Shown: piece after piece, positions 56,080-64,000 of the stretch
Layout: every line of letters begins with the position of its first letter
Position numbering within the stretch: position 1 is the stretch's first letter
Assembly (NCBI GenBank): GCA_963836185.1
Contig: CAWIIQ010000001.1
Coordinates: forward strand, 256,001-320,000
Length of the DNA stretch: 64,000 nucleotides
From: Candidatus Krumholzibacteriia bacterium
GTDB lineage: Bacteria > Krumholzibacteriota > Krumholzibacteriia > Krumholzibacteriales > Krumholzibacteriaceae
Reading direction: 5' to 3'
Program-made: the position numbers and the translations under genes
Notes under the pieces: model-generated
The model's database searches: none
What the model saw: only the letters and a program-made list of their open reading frames with translations
Told to the model about the DNA's origin: nothing

Positions 56080-58524
56080 TCAACGGAGCAGGATCATCTT
56101 CCTGGTCTCCTCGAACTCTTTCGATATAAGCCTGTAGAAATAGACGCCGCTCGCTGCGGATGATCCGTCAGCGCTTTTGCCGTTCCACTCAGTGGAATAT
56201 CTGCCTGCGGATCTTGATTCATCAACGAGAGTAGTTACGAGTCGTCCGGCAGCGTCATATATCCGGAGTGACACATGTCCGGACTCTTTTAACCCGAACC
56301 CGATGGTCGTGACCGGGTTGAACGGGTTGGGATAGTTCTGTGCGAGGAATGTCACTTCCGGGACAGGCATCGGGTCGTCGCCAGTGATCACGTCCGGCGC
56401 GAGCACGGCGAACTGGCTCTCGTTCCCGTTGATATCGATCGCCGATACCTTGTACCAGTACCCGGCCTCCCACGACCATTCGCTGTCGAAAATCTCTTCT
56501 TCGTCGGTCGACACGACGAGATTCCCCGGCCCCGGCGTGAATCCGCTGCTCGTGCCACGGTAGACATTGTATCCGGCAAGATCGCTCTCGCTGTTCGGCT
56601 CCCATGTCAGACGCATTCCTACAGGCGTGAAGAACTGCTCACCGGCCAGTCCCAGGGGAGTGTCGGGTGCGAGGTTGTCGACCGAGTACCCGCTGTCAGG
56701 AGCGGATATCCAGTAGTGCGTTGATTCGTATCCATGAGCGACGACCTGGAAGTAGTGGCGTTCGAACCCTGCTGAAGATGAGTCGAACAGTGTGGGGACG
56801 AGCTCGGCGTAGAAGTCGGTGATATCCGAAGAGTACACCGTTGCGATCTCCGTCCAGTAATATGGCTCACCCGCTTCCAGCGTGCGCCTTAGTAGCGGGG
56901 AGGAGGGATCTGATTCCAGCTCATCGTCGGCTACACGCAATGCCGAACTGCCGTCGAGCATCGCCGCACCATCGTTCAGCATGGCCATCGCCAGTTCCTC
57001 GTCGATCGATCGCCAGATCGTGTAGTAGAAGATCTCGCTGTTCGGGAATACGTCCAGCCTGCTGGCGTTCCACGAGATGTTGACCTGTCCGCCCTCGTCG
57101 CCGGGGACATCCCGGACCGAGGCGATGTGCGGAGCGGGAAATCCCCACTTGCCGAACCGGTCGATCCGCTGTGCGTATATGTCGCCGTCAAAGAGGTTGC
57201 GGTCATCGTTCCATACGAAGATAGCATTGCCCATGTCATCGACCGCGATCGATGAGACGATCTGGTCGAACGGGCTGGTACAGACGGGAAGACCGCTCTC
57301 GGGCCAGAGGATATTGGCGTTCAAGTCTATCCGGGTCGCGTAAACATCCGCGCCGCTTCCGCTGCGATTGTCCTGCCAGGAGATGATCGCCCCTCCGTTT
57401 CCATCAGATTCGGCGACAGGAAAGTACTTGAGTCCCTCGGCGGCGCAGACAGGGATCCCGTCACCGGTCCACTGCGGTGTTCCGACACCGTTCAGTTTCT
57501 GGGTATATATGTCGTAGTCGCTGTTTCGGCCGTCGAGCCATACGAGGATAGCACCCGCAGCTCCGTCACTGACTATTGCCACGCTGCCCTGAGCGCCCGG
57601 GTCCGTGCATACGGGAACTCCGGATGACCACATCGGAGAGCCGAACCCGGGTTCAAGCTTCTGCGCGTAGATGTCGCCGAACGGATCCGATCGGAAATCG
57701 TCCCAGCATACGATGGCGCCGCCGGCTCCATCGGCGATTATCGACGGGTATTCCTGGCTGTTGATCTCTCCACAGACGGGTACGCCGTTGGTGCCGCCCC
57801 ATGCGATATAGCCGCCAAGCTGTACCCATTCTGCGTAGATATCTTCATTGGTGTAATCCACCCACGTTAGAAAAGCGCCTCCATAGCCGTCCGAAGCGAT
57901 CTGCAATTCTGACTTGAGAACGGGTGACGAGGTTATCTGATGGCCGCCGTCTGTCCAGAGAGCCGTACCTTCGGCGTCCAGCCTCTGGGCGTAGACCTGG
58001 TAACCGCCTCCCCGGCTGTCGAGCCACGCGAAGACGGCGCCTCCAGCATGATCGGGGCAGATCCTGATATTATCCAGCACTCCCGAAAGTGAGGTGATCT
58101 GGATTCCGTCCAGGGTCCACAGCAGGTTTCCATCTCTGTCGATCTTCTGTGCGGAGACTGTGTAGACCGGGCCGTCCTGCGAGATCCAGGCGATCATGAC
58201 GGTGCCGTCACCGGCGTATGCCGCTACAGGCTGCAGCTGGATCGTATCGACTGCGCAGACCTGTATTCCGTCGGGGTCCCACGCGGGGAAACCGCCCTCA
58301 TCGATACGCTGCGCGGTGATCATGACCCAGGGAAATTGCCTTCCATCGGTCCATACGATGAAGGCGCCGCCCCCGCCGTCCGTCACGGCGACCTCCTGGG
58401 CCTGGTAGCCGATAGCAGTGCAGACGGGTGTGCCGTTCTCGAACCACTCGGCTCGCAAAGAAGCCGGTATGCATATGGAGATGACGACGAAAAGAGCAAT
58501 CAGTGACAAGCTTCGCCTGAACAT
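56080..58524 (-). CDS. DGxGGA/DIYAQR repeat protein (paralog E) with FlgD-Ig CTD
   Basis: Signal peptide, same repeats; QNYPNPFNP...RKMILLR. Confidence 0.85.
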   Translation of the reverse strand: MFRRSLSLIALFVVISICIPASLRAEWFENGTPVCTAIGYQAQEVAVTDGGGGAFIVWTDGRQFPWVMITAQRIDEGGFPAWDPDGIQVCAVDTIQLQPVAAYAGDGTVMIAWISQDGPVYTVSAQKIDRDGNLLWTLDGIQITSLSGVLDNIRICPDHAGGAVFAWLDSRGGGYQVYAQRLDAEGTALWTDGGHQITSSPVLKSELQIASDGYGGAFLTWVDYTNEDIYAEWVQLGGYIAWGGTNGVPVCGEINSQEYPSIIADGAGGAIVCWDDFRSDPFGDIYAQKLEPGFGSPMWSSGVPVCTDPGAQGSVAIVSDGAAGAILVWLDGRNSDYDIYTQKLNGVGTPQWTGDGIPVCAAEGLKYFPVAESDGNGGAIISWQDNRSGSGADVYATRIDLNANILWPESGLPVCTSPFDQIVSSIAVDDMGNAIFVWNDDRNLFDGDIYAQRIDRFGKWGFPAPHIASVRDVPGDEGGQVNISWNASRLDVFPNSEIFYYTIWRSIDEELAMAMLNDGAAMLDGSSALRVADDELESDPSSPLLRRTLEAGEPYYWTEIATVYSSDITDFYAELVPTLFDSSSAGFERHYFQVVAHGYESTHYWISAPDSGYSVDNLAPDTPLGLAGEQFFTPVGMRLTWEPNSESDLAGYNVYRGTSSGFTPGPGNLVVSTDEEEIFDSEWSWEAGYWYKVSAIDINGNESQFAVLAPDVITGDDPMPVPEVTFLAQNYPNPFNPVTTIGFGLKESGHVSLRIYDAAGRLVTTLVDESRSAGRYSTEWNGKSADGSSAASGVYFYRLISKEFEETRKMILLR

Positions 58525-58597
58525 CAAGACCCCCCTGTGATATGTTTCTTGAGCAGTTAAAAGTCCCCGTTAGCTATGCGAGTGTATCATATTCCGA

Positions 58598-58740
58598 ATG
58601 ATTCGCAAATATACTGTCTCAGTCAGGAAATACGAAAGCCACTCCCGGCGCCGGGAGTGGCCTTTTGAAACGGCTGTCGCATCTTAAAAAGTGGTAGATT
58701 TTCCACCGCCACCGGTGGCGGTAAATATCCTGTCATGGCG
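58598..58740. repeat. 143-bp dispersed repeat, copy 2
   Basis: Matches 16709-16851; palindromes GCCACTCCCGGCGCCGGGAGTGGC and ACCGCCACCGGTGGCGGT. Confidence 0.9.
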
Positions 58741-58751
58741 GGATCACGGCG

Positions 58752-59213
58752 CTATTCCTTCTTGAAATAGAGTCCTTCGAACTTGTCGACGAGCGCCCGC
58801 ATCTCATCGATCTGTTCCTGCTCGAGTGTCTGCTTCGACTTCATCGCCTTGATAAGGAGCTCGTGAAGCAGTGTGATCTTCGCGATGTACTCGTCGTATT
58901 CGGCGCCCGGGCCGGTGGCAGGCTTGATCCTCTGCGTCATGAAGTACTGGTAGACGATATGCTGGATCTCTTCGGCGTGCTTTTCCTTGTTGTTGACCCA
59001 TCTGATTAGCTGGTTATAGTTCACTTCGTCTTCGGCGCTCAGCGTGCGGATCATCTTCATCGATTTCTCGACAGTAATGATATGTTCGCGAAGCAGAGCG
59101 ATCCTTGTCTCGTCCCCGTAAATCCCGCACGGGACCTCGCAGTGGGCCAGCACTCCGCGTGCCGACAGGGCCACGATTGATATTACTGCGAATACGATCA
59201 ATCTCGATCTCAT
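58752..59213 (-). CDS. sodN: Nickel superoxide dismutase precursor
   Basis: Ni-hook HCEVPCGIY directly after a leader; NQLIRWVNNKEKHA, YFMTQRIKP. Confidence 0.93.
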   Translation of the reverse strand: MRSRLIVFAVISIVALSARGVLAHCEVPCGIYGDETRIALLREHIITVEKSMKMIRTLSAEDEVNYNQLIRWVNNKEKHAEEIQHIVYQYFMTQRIKPATGPGAEYDEYIAKITLLHELLIKAMKSKQTLEQEQIDEMRALVDKFEGLYFKKE

Positions 59214-59269
59214 GATTTCCTCCTTCTGTGAATTAAATCTGTGATCTGCCGCCTGATCAGTCTACCACA

Positions 59270-61261
59270 TCAATCGGCCGGAGTGGTGACGATCTCTTTC
59301 CTGATATCGTCGAGAAGGCTCTCGGGAAGGCCGGGATCGATGCTTCGCGCCGCGTCGACATGCCTTCTCGCGCTGTCGATGTCGCCGAAGGCTACAAATG
59401 CCTTCGCCAGGTTGACGTGCAGTACGGGATTCGCCGGTTCCAGCTCGACGGCTTGAAGGTAGCTGCCGACCGCTTCACGTGCCCTTCCCGTGACGAGGTA
59501 GATATATCCGAGGTTCTGCAACACCTTGACGGAAGAGGGATCGACTTCAAGAGCCCTTTTGAAATACGGCTCAGCTTCAGCGGGTCGTCCGAGATAGAGA
59601 TACGAGACTCCTGAATTGTAAAGGGCCTCAAAATGCCCGCCCTGCCTTTCGAGGACCTTGAAGTACTGTTCGAGCGCCGCGCCGTGCTTGCCGAGGCCCG
59701 AATACATCTCGCCGGCATAGTAGCTGTACTTCACGTTCCCCGGATCGTATACGGCGGCCCGGCCGTAGAACTGGATCGCCTGCAGAGTCTTTCCGTGGTG
59801 ACGGTAATACTGGCCGAGAGTGCTGTGCCCGTAACCTTTCGCCCGGTTGCTCCAGTAACCGTTGTCGCACATGTCGACGAACCGTTCCTCAGATTTGACG
59901 AGGTCGGAGTTGAGGATGATCCATGGCGCCGTATGCGTGATGATGACCGCAGCGATCAGGATGGTGAATTCACCGCGCCTTTTCGGGAATACGTCCCGGA
60001 TCAGGATCGCGATCCACAGGACCATCGGGATCGCGAGTGGAGAGAAGAGGTCCCAGTCCCTGCTCGTCCCGATGATCTTGTTGAAGGCGATGAAAGCGAG
60101 GAAATAGAAAAGGGCGCAGGTCGCCAGAAAGATGCGCTCGCGGGATCCTCCTTTGTGGCCCCTGACAAGCAGGACAGGCAGCAGGACCGCAAGCGGAACG
60201 ATCAGGAGGAGCTCATTGACATTGTCAAATAACGCGCGCAGCGAGAAGATCGGATATGCGACGTCCTGATTCGAATGCGAGCCGAACAGGGGGAGGAAAT
60301 GCTCGCTGAAGAATCCGCCGAACGCTCCCGTTGCCTGAAGTGCCCAGAGAGCGCCGAATCCCGCCGCGATGACTGCGATGAGGAAAATCTTCAACTGCTT
60401 TCTGTCGATATCCTTACCAGCGTGGTAATGCAGCAGGATCAGCAGCCCGGGCAGAAGCGCGATGGCCGAGAGGTGCAGGATGACAGTTGCGAGGAAAGCC
60501 ATTACAGCCGCAATGATCGATCCGCCGCGCCGCATCCACCTGAGCGCGAAAAAGATGAATGCCATCACGCCCGCCGCTAAAGGCGGGTATGTCTCGACGT
60601 ATCCGAAGAAGAGCATGATCGTTCCGCAGGAGAACAGGGATGCGATCAGCAGGATATAATCCCCTCGCTTCTCCGCGAGGAGCTTGGCAGTCTTGTGGGC
60701 GAAGACGATAAAGACCAGTCCCGCGAGGATGCTCGTTATCGCCGATGACATGACGGGATTGATCTCGCCGAAGATCCGCGCGTCATTCAGCCCGCGATAG
60801 ATGCCCCTATACAGCCAGGTCGACACCGGTTCGCGGAATACGATGTCACCCATAAGATGGTTGGCCCAGAGGAAACCGTCGCCGAGGAAGTGTGTGGCGT
60901 TACTGAATCTCCAGAAGATCGCGGCGGCGGATGCTAGACAGACGAGGGACAGCAGGGCCGCTCTTCCCCACGGCCTCTCTTTCGTCGCGAATCCATCGAT
61001 CCACTCGGCCGGCCGCGCGAGGATCCTGCTGACCGGGACCTGCAGCAGAAGGATGCCCGCTACGAGAAGTGTCCGTGCCAGCCATTCCGGGATGTACTGC
61101 CACTGGTCCAGCCCCCATGGATGAAGGTCCTTGAACAGAAAGGGCAGGCCGTGAAGGATTATGAGCAGTCCCAGGACAAGCCTGACAGTAAGCAGCCCCC
61201 CCGTAAACAGTTTCGGCCTGCTGTGGTTCAGTTCTGGCTGCTTGTCTGCTATGACGTTCAT
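59270..61261 (-). CDS. Polytopic membrane protein (GT-C-like) with C-terminal TPR repeats
   Basis: More than 10 hydrophobic segments, FLGDG, FFGYVETY, RDWDLF; about 5 TPRs (ALYNSG..Y...G...EA...F.RAL..DP). Confidence 0.7.
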   Translation of the reverse strand: MNVIADKQPELNHSRPKLFTGGLLTVRLVLGLLIILHGLPFLFKDLHPWGLDQWQYIPEWLARTLLVAGILLLQVPVSRILARPAEWIDGFATKERPWGRAALLSLVCLASAAAIFWRFSNATHFLGDGFLWANHLMGDIVFREPVSTWLYRGIYRGLNDARIFGEINPVMSSAITSILAGLVFIVFAHKTAKLLAEKRGDYILLIASLFSCGTIMLFFGYVETYPPLAAGVMAFIFFALRWMRRGGSIIAAVMAFLATVILHLSAIALLPGLLILLHYHAGKDIDRKQLKIFLIAVIAAGFGALWALQATGAFGGFFSEHFLPLFGSHSNQDVAYPIFSLRALFDNVNELLLIVPLAVLLPVLLVRGHKGGSRERIFLATCALFYFLAFIAFNKIIGTSRDWDLFSPLAIPMVLWIAILIRDVFPKRRGEFTILIAAVIITHTAPWIILNSDLVKSEERFVDMCDNGYWSNRAKGYGHSTLGQYYRHHGKTLQAIQFYGRAAVYDPGNVKYSYYAGEMYSGLGKHGAALEQYFKVLERQGGHFEALYNSGVSYLYLGRPAEAEPYFKRALEVDPSSVKVLQNLGYIYLVTGRAREAVGSYLQAVELEPANPVLHVNLAKAFVAFGDIDSARRHVDAARSIDPGLPESLLDDIRKEIVTTPAD

Positions 61262-61441
61262 CCTCCCGTGAATTTGTCGATAATCCTAAATGCACAGGGA
61301 CTTTTCGTCAACATCGATGAGGTGCGGCTGCATGCATCATGGAAAAGTACCCTAAGTGTTTCGATAAAGTGGGGGATTATCCTCAAAAAATATCCGCCTC
61401 GAAATTCGGATCGGGATTGGTGTTCGAAAACACGCCTTACG

Positions 61442-61499
61442 AATCAACAGGTTAAAATGAAGTGTAAATTAGATGTGTAGGATTGGCATGATACTTCCT
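61442..61499 (+). promoter_or_regulatory. IHF site and sigma54-like promoter (degenerate -12 element)
   Basis: AATCAACAGGTTA matches WATCAANNNNTTR; TGGCATGATACTTCCT has GG-N10-CC. Confidence 0.4.
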
Positions 61500-61731
61500 G
61501 CTGCCCGGGAGGGGGGATATCTATTTACGGATTATCCTTTAAATAGCTTCACGACTGTCGGCCGGTATCGGCCTGACTTTGGAGGTAATTTGAAACAGCT
61601 GTTACAGCACGGGCTGGAGTGTGACCTGTAGATAACAAGCAACCTTGATCCGCATACCGGCCAGGCACACAACGCAGATAAAAGCATCAGAAGGGAGGTA
61701 GGTATGTAAACGCTTCAGGAGGGGTCCTGCC

Positions 61732-64000
61732 ATGAGAAAATCTGTCGTTCTTCTCGTATTGTTTGGTCTTCTTTCAATCCCATTTTCACTCTCTGCCCAG
61801 ACCGGTGGCTACTCCACGATGGGTCTGTACACCGACGCGTCGGGCAATACGTCTGTTACATTCGTCGATCAATACGAACAATTTACCGTCTATCTCTTTG
61901 TCCAGCCAGGAGATAACGGCATGACCTGCACGGAATTCGCACTGGAGCACGATCCGGGCCTTACAATATCCGGGTATCAGGCGAATCCCGATGTCGCGTT
62001 GGAACTCGGGAGCTTCGAGACCGGCCTGAGCTCATGCATGGATGACTGCAGGGAAGACTGGACCCTGATGCACACGATAACCTTTCTCAGCATGACTTCG
62101 GAGCAGGCGGGAATAAGGATCGTCAGGCATCCGGATGCCGGTTACCACCAGGTAGCCAACTGTCTCTTCGACAGGGACATCGAGCCGGCGTTCGTCTATC
62201 CTGATGTCTGCATCAATCAGGTATGTATGCCGGACGAAGAACCTCCATCCGTGACGGATGTCGCTATTCTTTCCGAAACGGAGATCCAGCTGCGGATGAG
62301 TGAGCGGATCTTTCTTCCAGATGCAGTTAATCGTTTGAATTACCTGATATATAAACAGAGCGACAGCTCGGAGATCCTTCCTGTACTCGATGCTGGACTA
62401 AGCGGGGACGACGACCATATCTGGATACGTTTCGGATCTCCCCTCGACAGCGAGGCCTGCGAACTCAGGCTGTCCGGACTGCGCGACATGGCCGGTAATG
62501 CGATCCCCTCGGGTACGACCGTGGTCTTCAACGAGACCGACATGATTCCTCCGTGGATTCAAAGCGCCCGGGCGGCCGACGACTCGACCGTGGTGGTCGT
62601 ATTCAATGAGCAGGTAGCGCCTGCTTCGGCCTCCGACTCCGGTAATTACAGCGTGGTGTCTCTGCTCACGGGCGAGACGGTGCCTGTCGACTCGGCGCAG
62701 CTTCAGGCTGACGGCGTCACGGCCGTCCTGCGTCTCAGCAGGCCCATGGAGCGTGGAGTCGTTCATGAAGTAACCGCGGGCGGGATCCAGGACCTCTCGG
62801 GAAATATACTTGCTGCCGGCTCGAAGAGCTTCATGTCTATCGACGATGTTCCACCTCTTCTGAGCGGTGTCTTTGTGGACGCGGAAAGTTATCTGAGGAT
62901 CGTCTATAACGAGGCGATGGACCCTGTCTCTTCAGCCTCCATCGGGAACTACGCGATCTTCAGGGCCGGAGACCCGGACTCCGGCATCACGATAGAGGCA
63001 GCTACGGCCTCCAATGATTCATCGGTCATCCTCCATCTTGCAGAAGGGCTCGAGAGCGAGACACTCTATTCTCTCGCCGTAAATGGAGCGATGGACAGTT
63101 CCCTGAACATGATCGTGCCGGATACCTTCGAGTTTTCATATCCCGATACGATTCCGCCGCTATTTCTTTCGGCGGTCTCTGTCGGTGGAATGACTGTCGA
63201 GCTTGGTTTCAGCGAGGAACTGGACGCTGATGCGGCGACAAACGCAGCTGCCTACAGGCTGTATGCCGATAACACTCCTTCCGTCCTCCTGCCGGTCGAC
63301 TCCATCGAACTGATGTCCGGCGCATCGTTGGTACGTCTCCACCTGGGAGTGGAGATGGTCTTGAACGGAAGATACACCGTGTTCGCCAACAGTCTTGCCG
63401 ACCGGCACGGCAATATCATGCAGGCGGAGCAGGGCCGGCATTTCACTCATGTCGAGAGAGTGCCTCCCGTGGTGACTGGAGTCGCCGTGAAGAGCCCCGG
63501 CCTGCTGAGGGTCGAGTTCAACGAACCTCTCTATAATGCGACTGTGGGCGACCTCGCCAATTATGTGATCTTCGAAGAGGGTGATACGGCAGCAAGGATG
63601 AATGTCGTATCGGCGGATCAGAGCTACGCTGCCGGCACGATCACCCTGGGCGTCTATCCGTCTTTCTCCGACAATATCTTCTACGAACTGTGTGTTTCCG
63701 GGATCAGCGATCTGGCGAGAAACGGTATAGACCCCGATACATCATACGTCTTCTACGGACGCGACGCGGTGCAGCCGGAGCTTGAAGATTACCTGGTTGA
63801 AAATGAGAACGCGGTGATCCTGACCTTCGATGAGGCGATGGATCCCCAGTCGCTAGTCGATCCCGATCTATACTCATTTTACAGGTCCGGTGATCCTTCC
63901 GCCGTACTGGCGACAGGGACCGTTACGATCCAGGGCGACAGGTCTGTGAGAGTCGAAACCGCCGAAATGCCTGTACCACAGGAGATGTACACTCTGCATA
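61732..64000 (+). CDS. Large secreted protein with tandem SbsA-like Ig repeats (runs off the window; absent from the ORF track)
   Basis: AGGAGG SD; signal MRKSVVLLVLFGLLSIPFSLSA; Cys-rich N-domain like 5006..6418; repeats D..PP......V.F.E......NY.I...DL.GN; no in-frame stop seen. Confidence 0.85.
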   Translation, partial: MRKSVVLLVLFGLLSIPFSLSAQTGGYSTMGLYTDASGNTSVTFVDQYEQFTVYLFVQPGDNGMTCTEFALEHDPGLTISGYQANPDVALELGSFETGLSSCMDDCREDWTLMHTITFLSMTSEQAGIRIVRHPDAGYHQVANCLFDRDIEPAFVYPDVCINQVCMPDEEPPSVTDVAILSETEIQLRMSERIFLPDAVNRLNYLIYKQSDSSEILPVLDAGLSGDDDHIWIRFGSPLDSEACELRLSGLRDMAGNAIPSGTTVVFNETDMIPPWIQSARAADDSTVVVVFNEQVAPASASDSGNYSVVSLLTGETVPVDSAQLQADGVTAVLRLSRPMERGVVHEVTAGGIQDLSGNILAAGSKSFMSIDDVPPLLSGVFVDAESYLRIVYNEAMDPVSSASIGNYAIFRAGDPDSGITIEAATASNDSSVILHLAEGLESETLYSLAVNGAMDSSLNMIVPDTFEFSYPDTIPPLFLSAVSVGGMTVELGFSEELDADAATNAAAYRLYADNTPSVLLPVDSIELMSGASLVRLHLGVEMVLNGRYTVFANSLADRHGNIMQAEQGRHFTHVERVPPVVTGVAVKSPGLLRVEFNEPLYNATVGDLANYVIFEEGDTAARMNVVSADQSYAAGTITLGVYPSFSDNIFYELCVSGISDLARNGIDPDTSYVFYGRDAVQPELEDYLVENENAVILTFDEAMDPQSLVDPDLYSFYRSGDPSAVLATGTVTIQGDRSVRVETAEMPVPQEMYTLH

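Noticed and set aside
56000-56080. Possible integron attC sites after the co-oriented paralogs
   Set aside because: No matching RYYYAAC/GTTRRRY boxes with proper hairpins, no integrase, and the genes have their own promoters
53377-58524. Diversity-generating retroelement TR/VR pair in the near-identical CTD segments
   Set aside because: Both copies are coding, mismatches are not adenine-specific, and no reverse transcriptase is present in the window
520-63450. Many long antisense or alternate-frame ORFs in the track (e.g. 2805..3908, 12425..13465, 47282..48280, 53725..55074)
   Set aside because: They are shadows of well-supported genes in GC-rich DNA, with no motifs or RBS
1-64000. tRNA, rRNA, IS/transposase, prophage or selenoprotein genes
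   Set aside because: None recognised by eye. tRNAscan, cmscan and ISEScan were not run, so small elements could have been missed.

Overview
This is a gene-dense bacterial window of moderately high GC. No rRNA, tRNA, CRISPR array or transposase was recognised. It is dominated by a secretome: 11 complete proteins end in the same FlgD-Ig/T9SS type A-like C-terminal domain (QNxPNPFNP...SGxYFY...KM[I/V]LL[R/K]), a pattern typical of FCB-related candidate phyla such as Krumholzibacteriota/Latescibacterota (taxonomy is inferred). They are a gingipain-like C25 peptidase, an S8 peptidase, a C39-like peptidase, an arylsulfotransferase, an FG-GAP protein, an Ig-domain protein and five paralogous 'DGxGGA...DIYAQR' repeat proteins. 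A further large Ig-repeat gene runs off the right end. The window also holds a mobile mystery protein A/B (XRE + Fic) pair, an MFS transporter, an orphan ParA, Ni-SOD (sodN), a TPR membrane protein and two sigma54 two-component loci. The best candidate for an undescribed system is a 1415-aa FG-GAP sensor kinase with its sigma54 activator. Directly after them is a complete enhancer-dependent promoter (two TGCGCA-N5-TGCGCA boxes 21 bp apart, an IHF site, GG-N10-GC) that would drive an ORF-less ~130-nt RNA. That RNA presents GGGGGGGAUA in a hairpin, a motif also found in the G-run ribosome-binding sites of several secreted-protein genes. Other signals are a second orphan sRNA candidate, a 143-bp double-palindrome repeat, a frameshift at a G7 tract, uORFs, leaderless starts and shuffled or homogenised C-terminal modules. 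All calls were made by eye; no searches were run.
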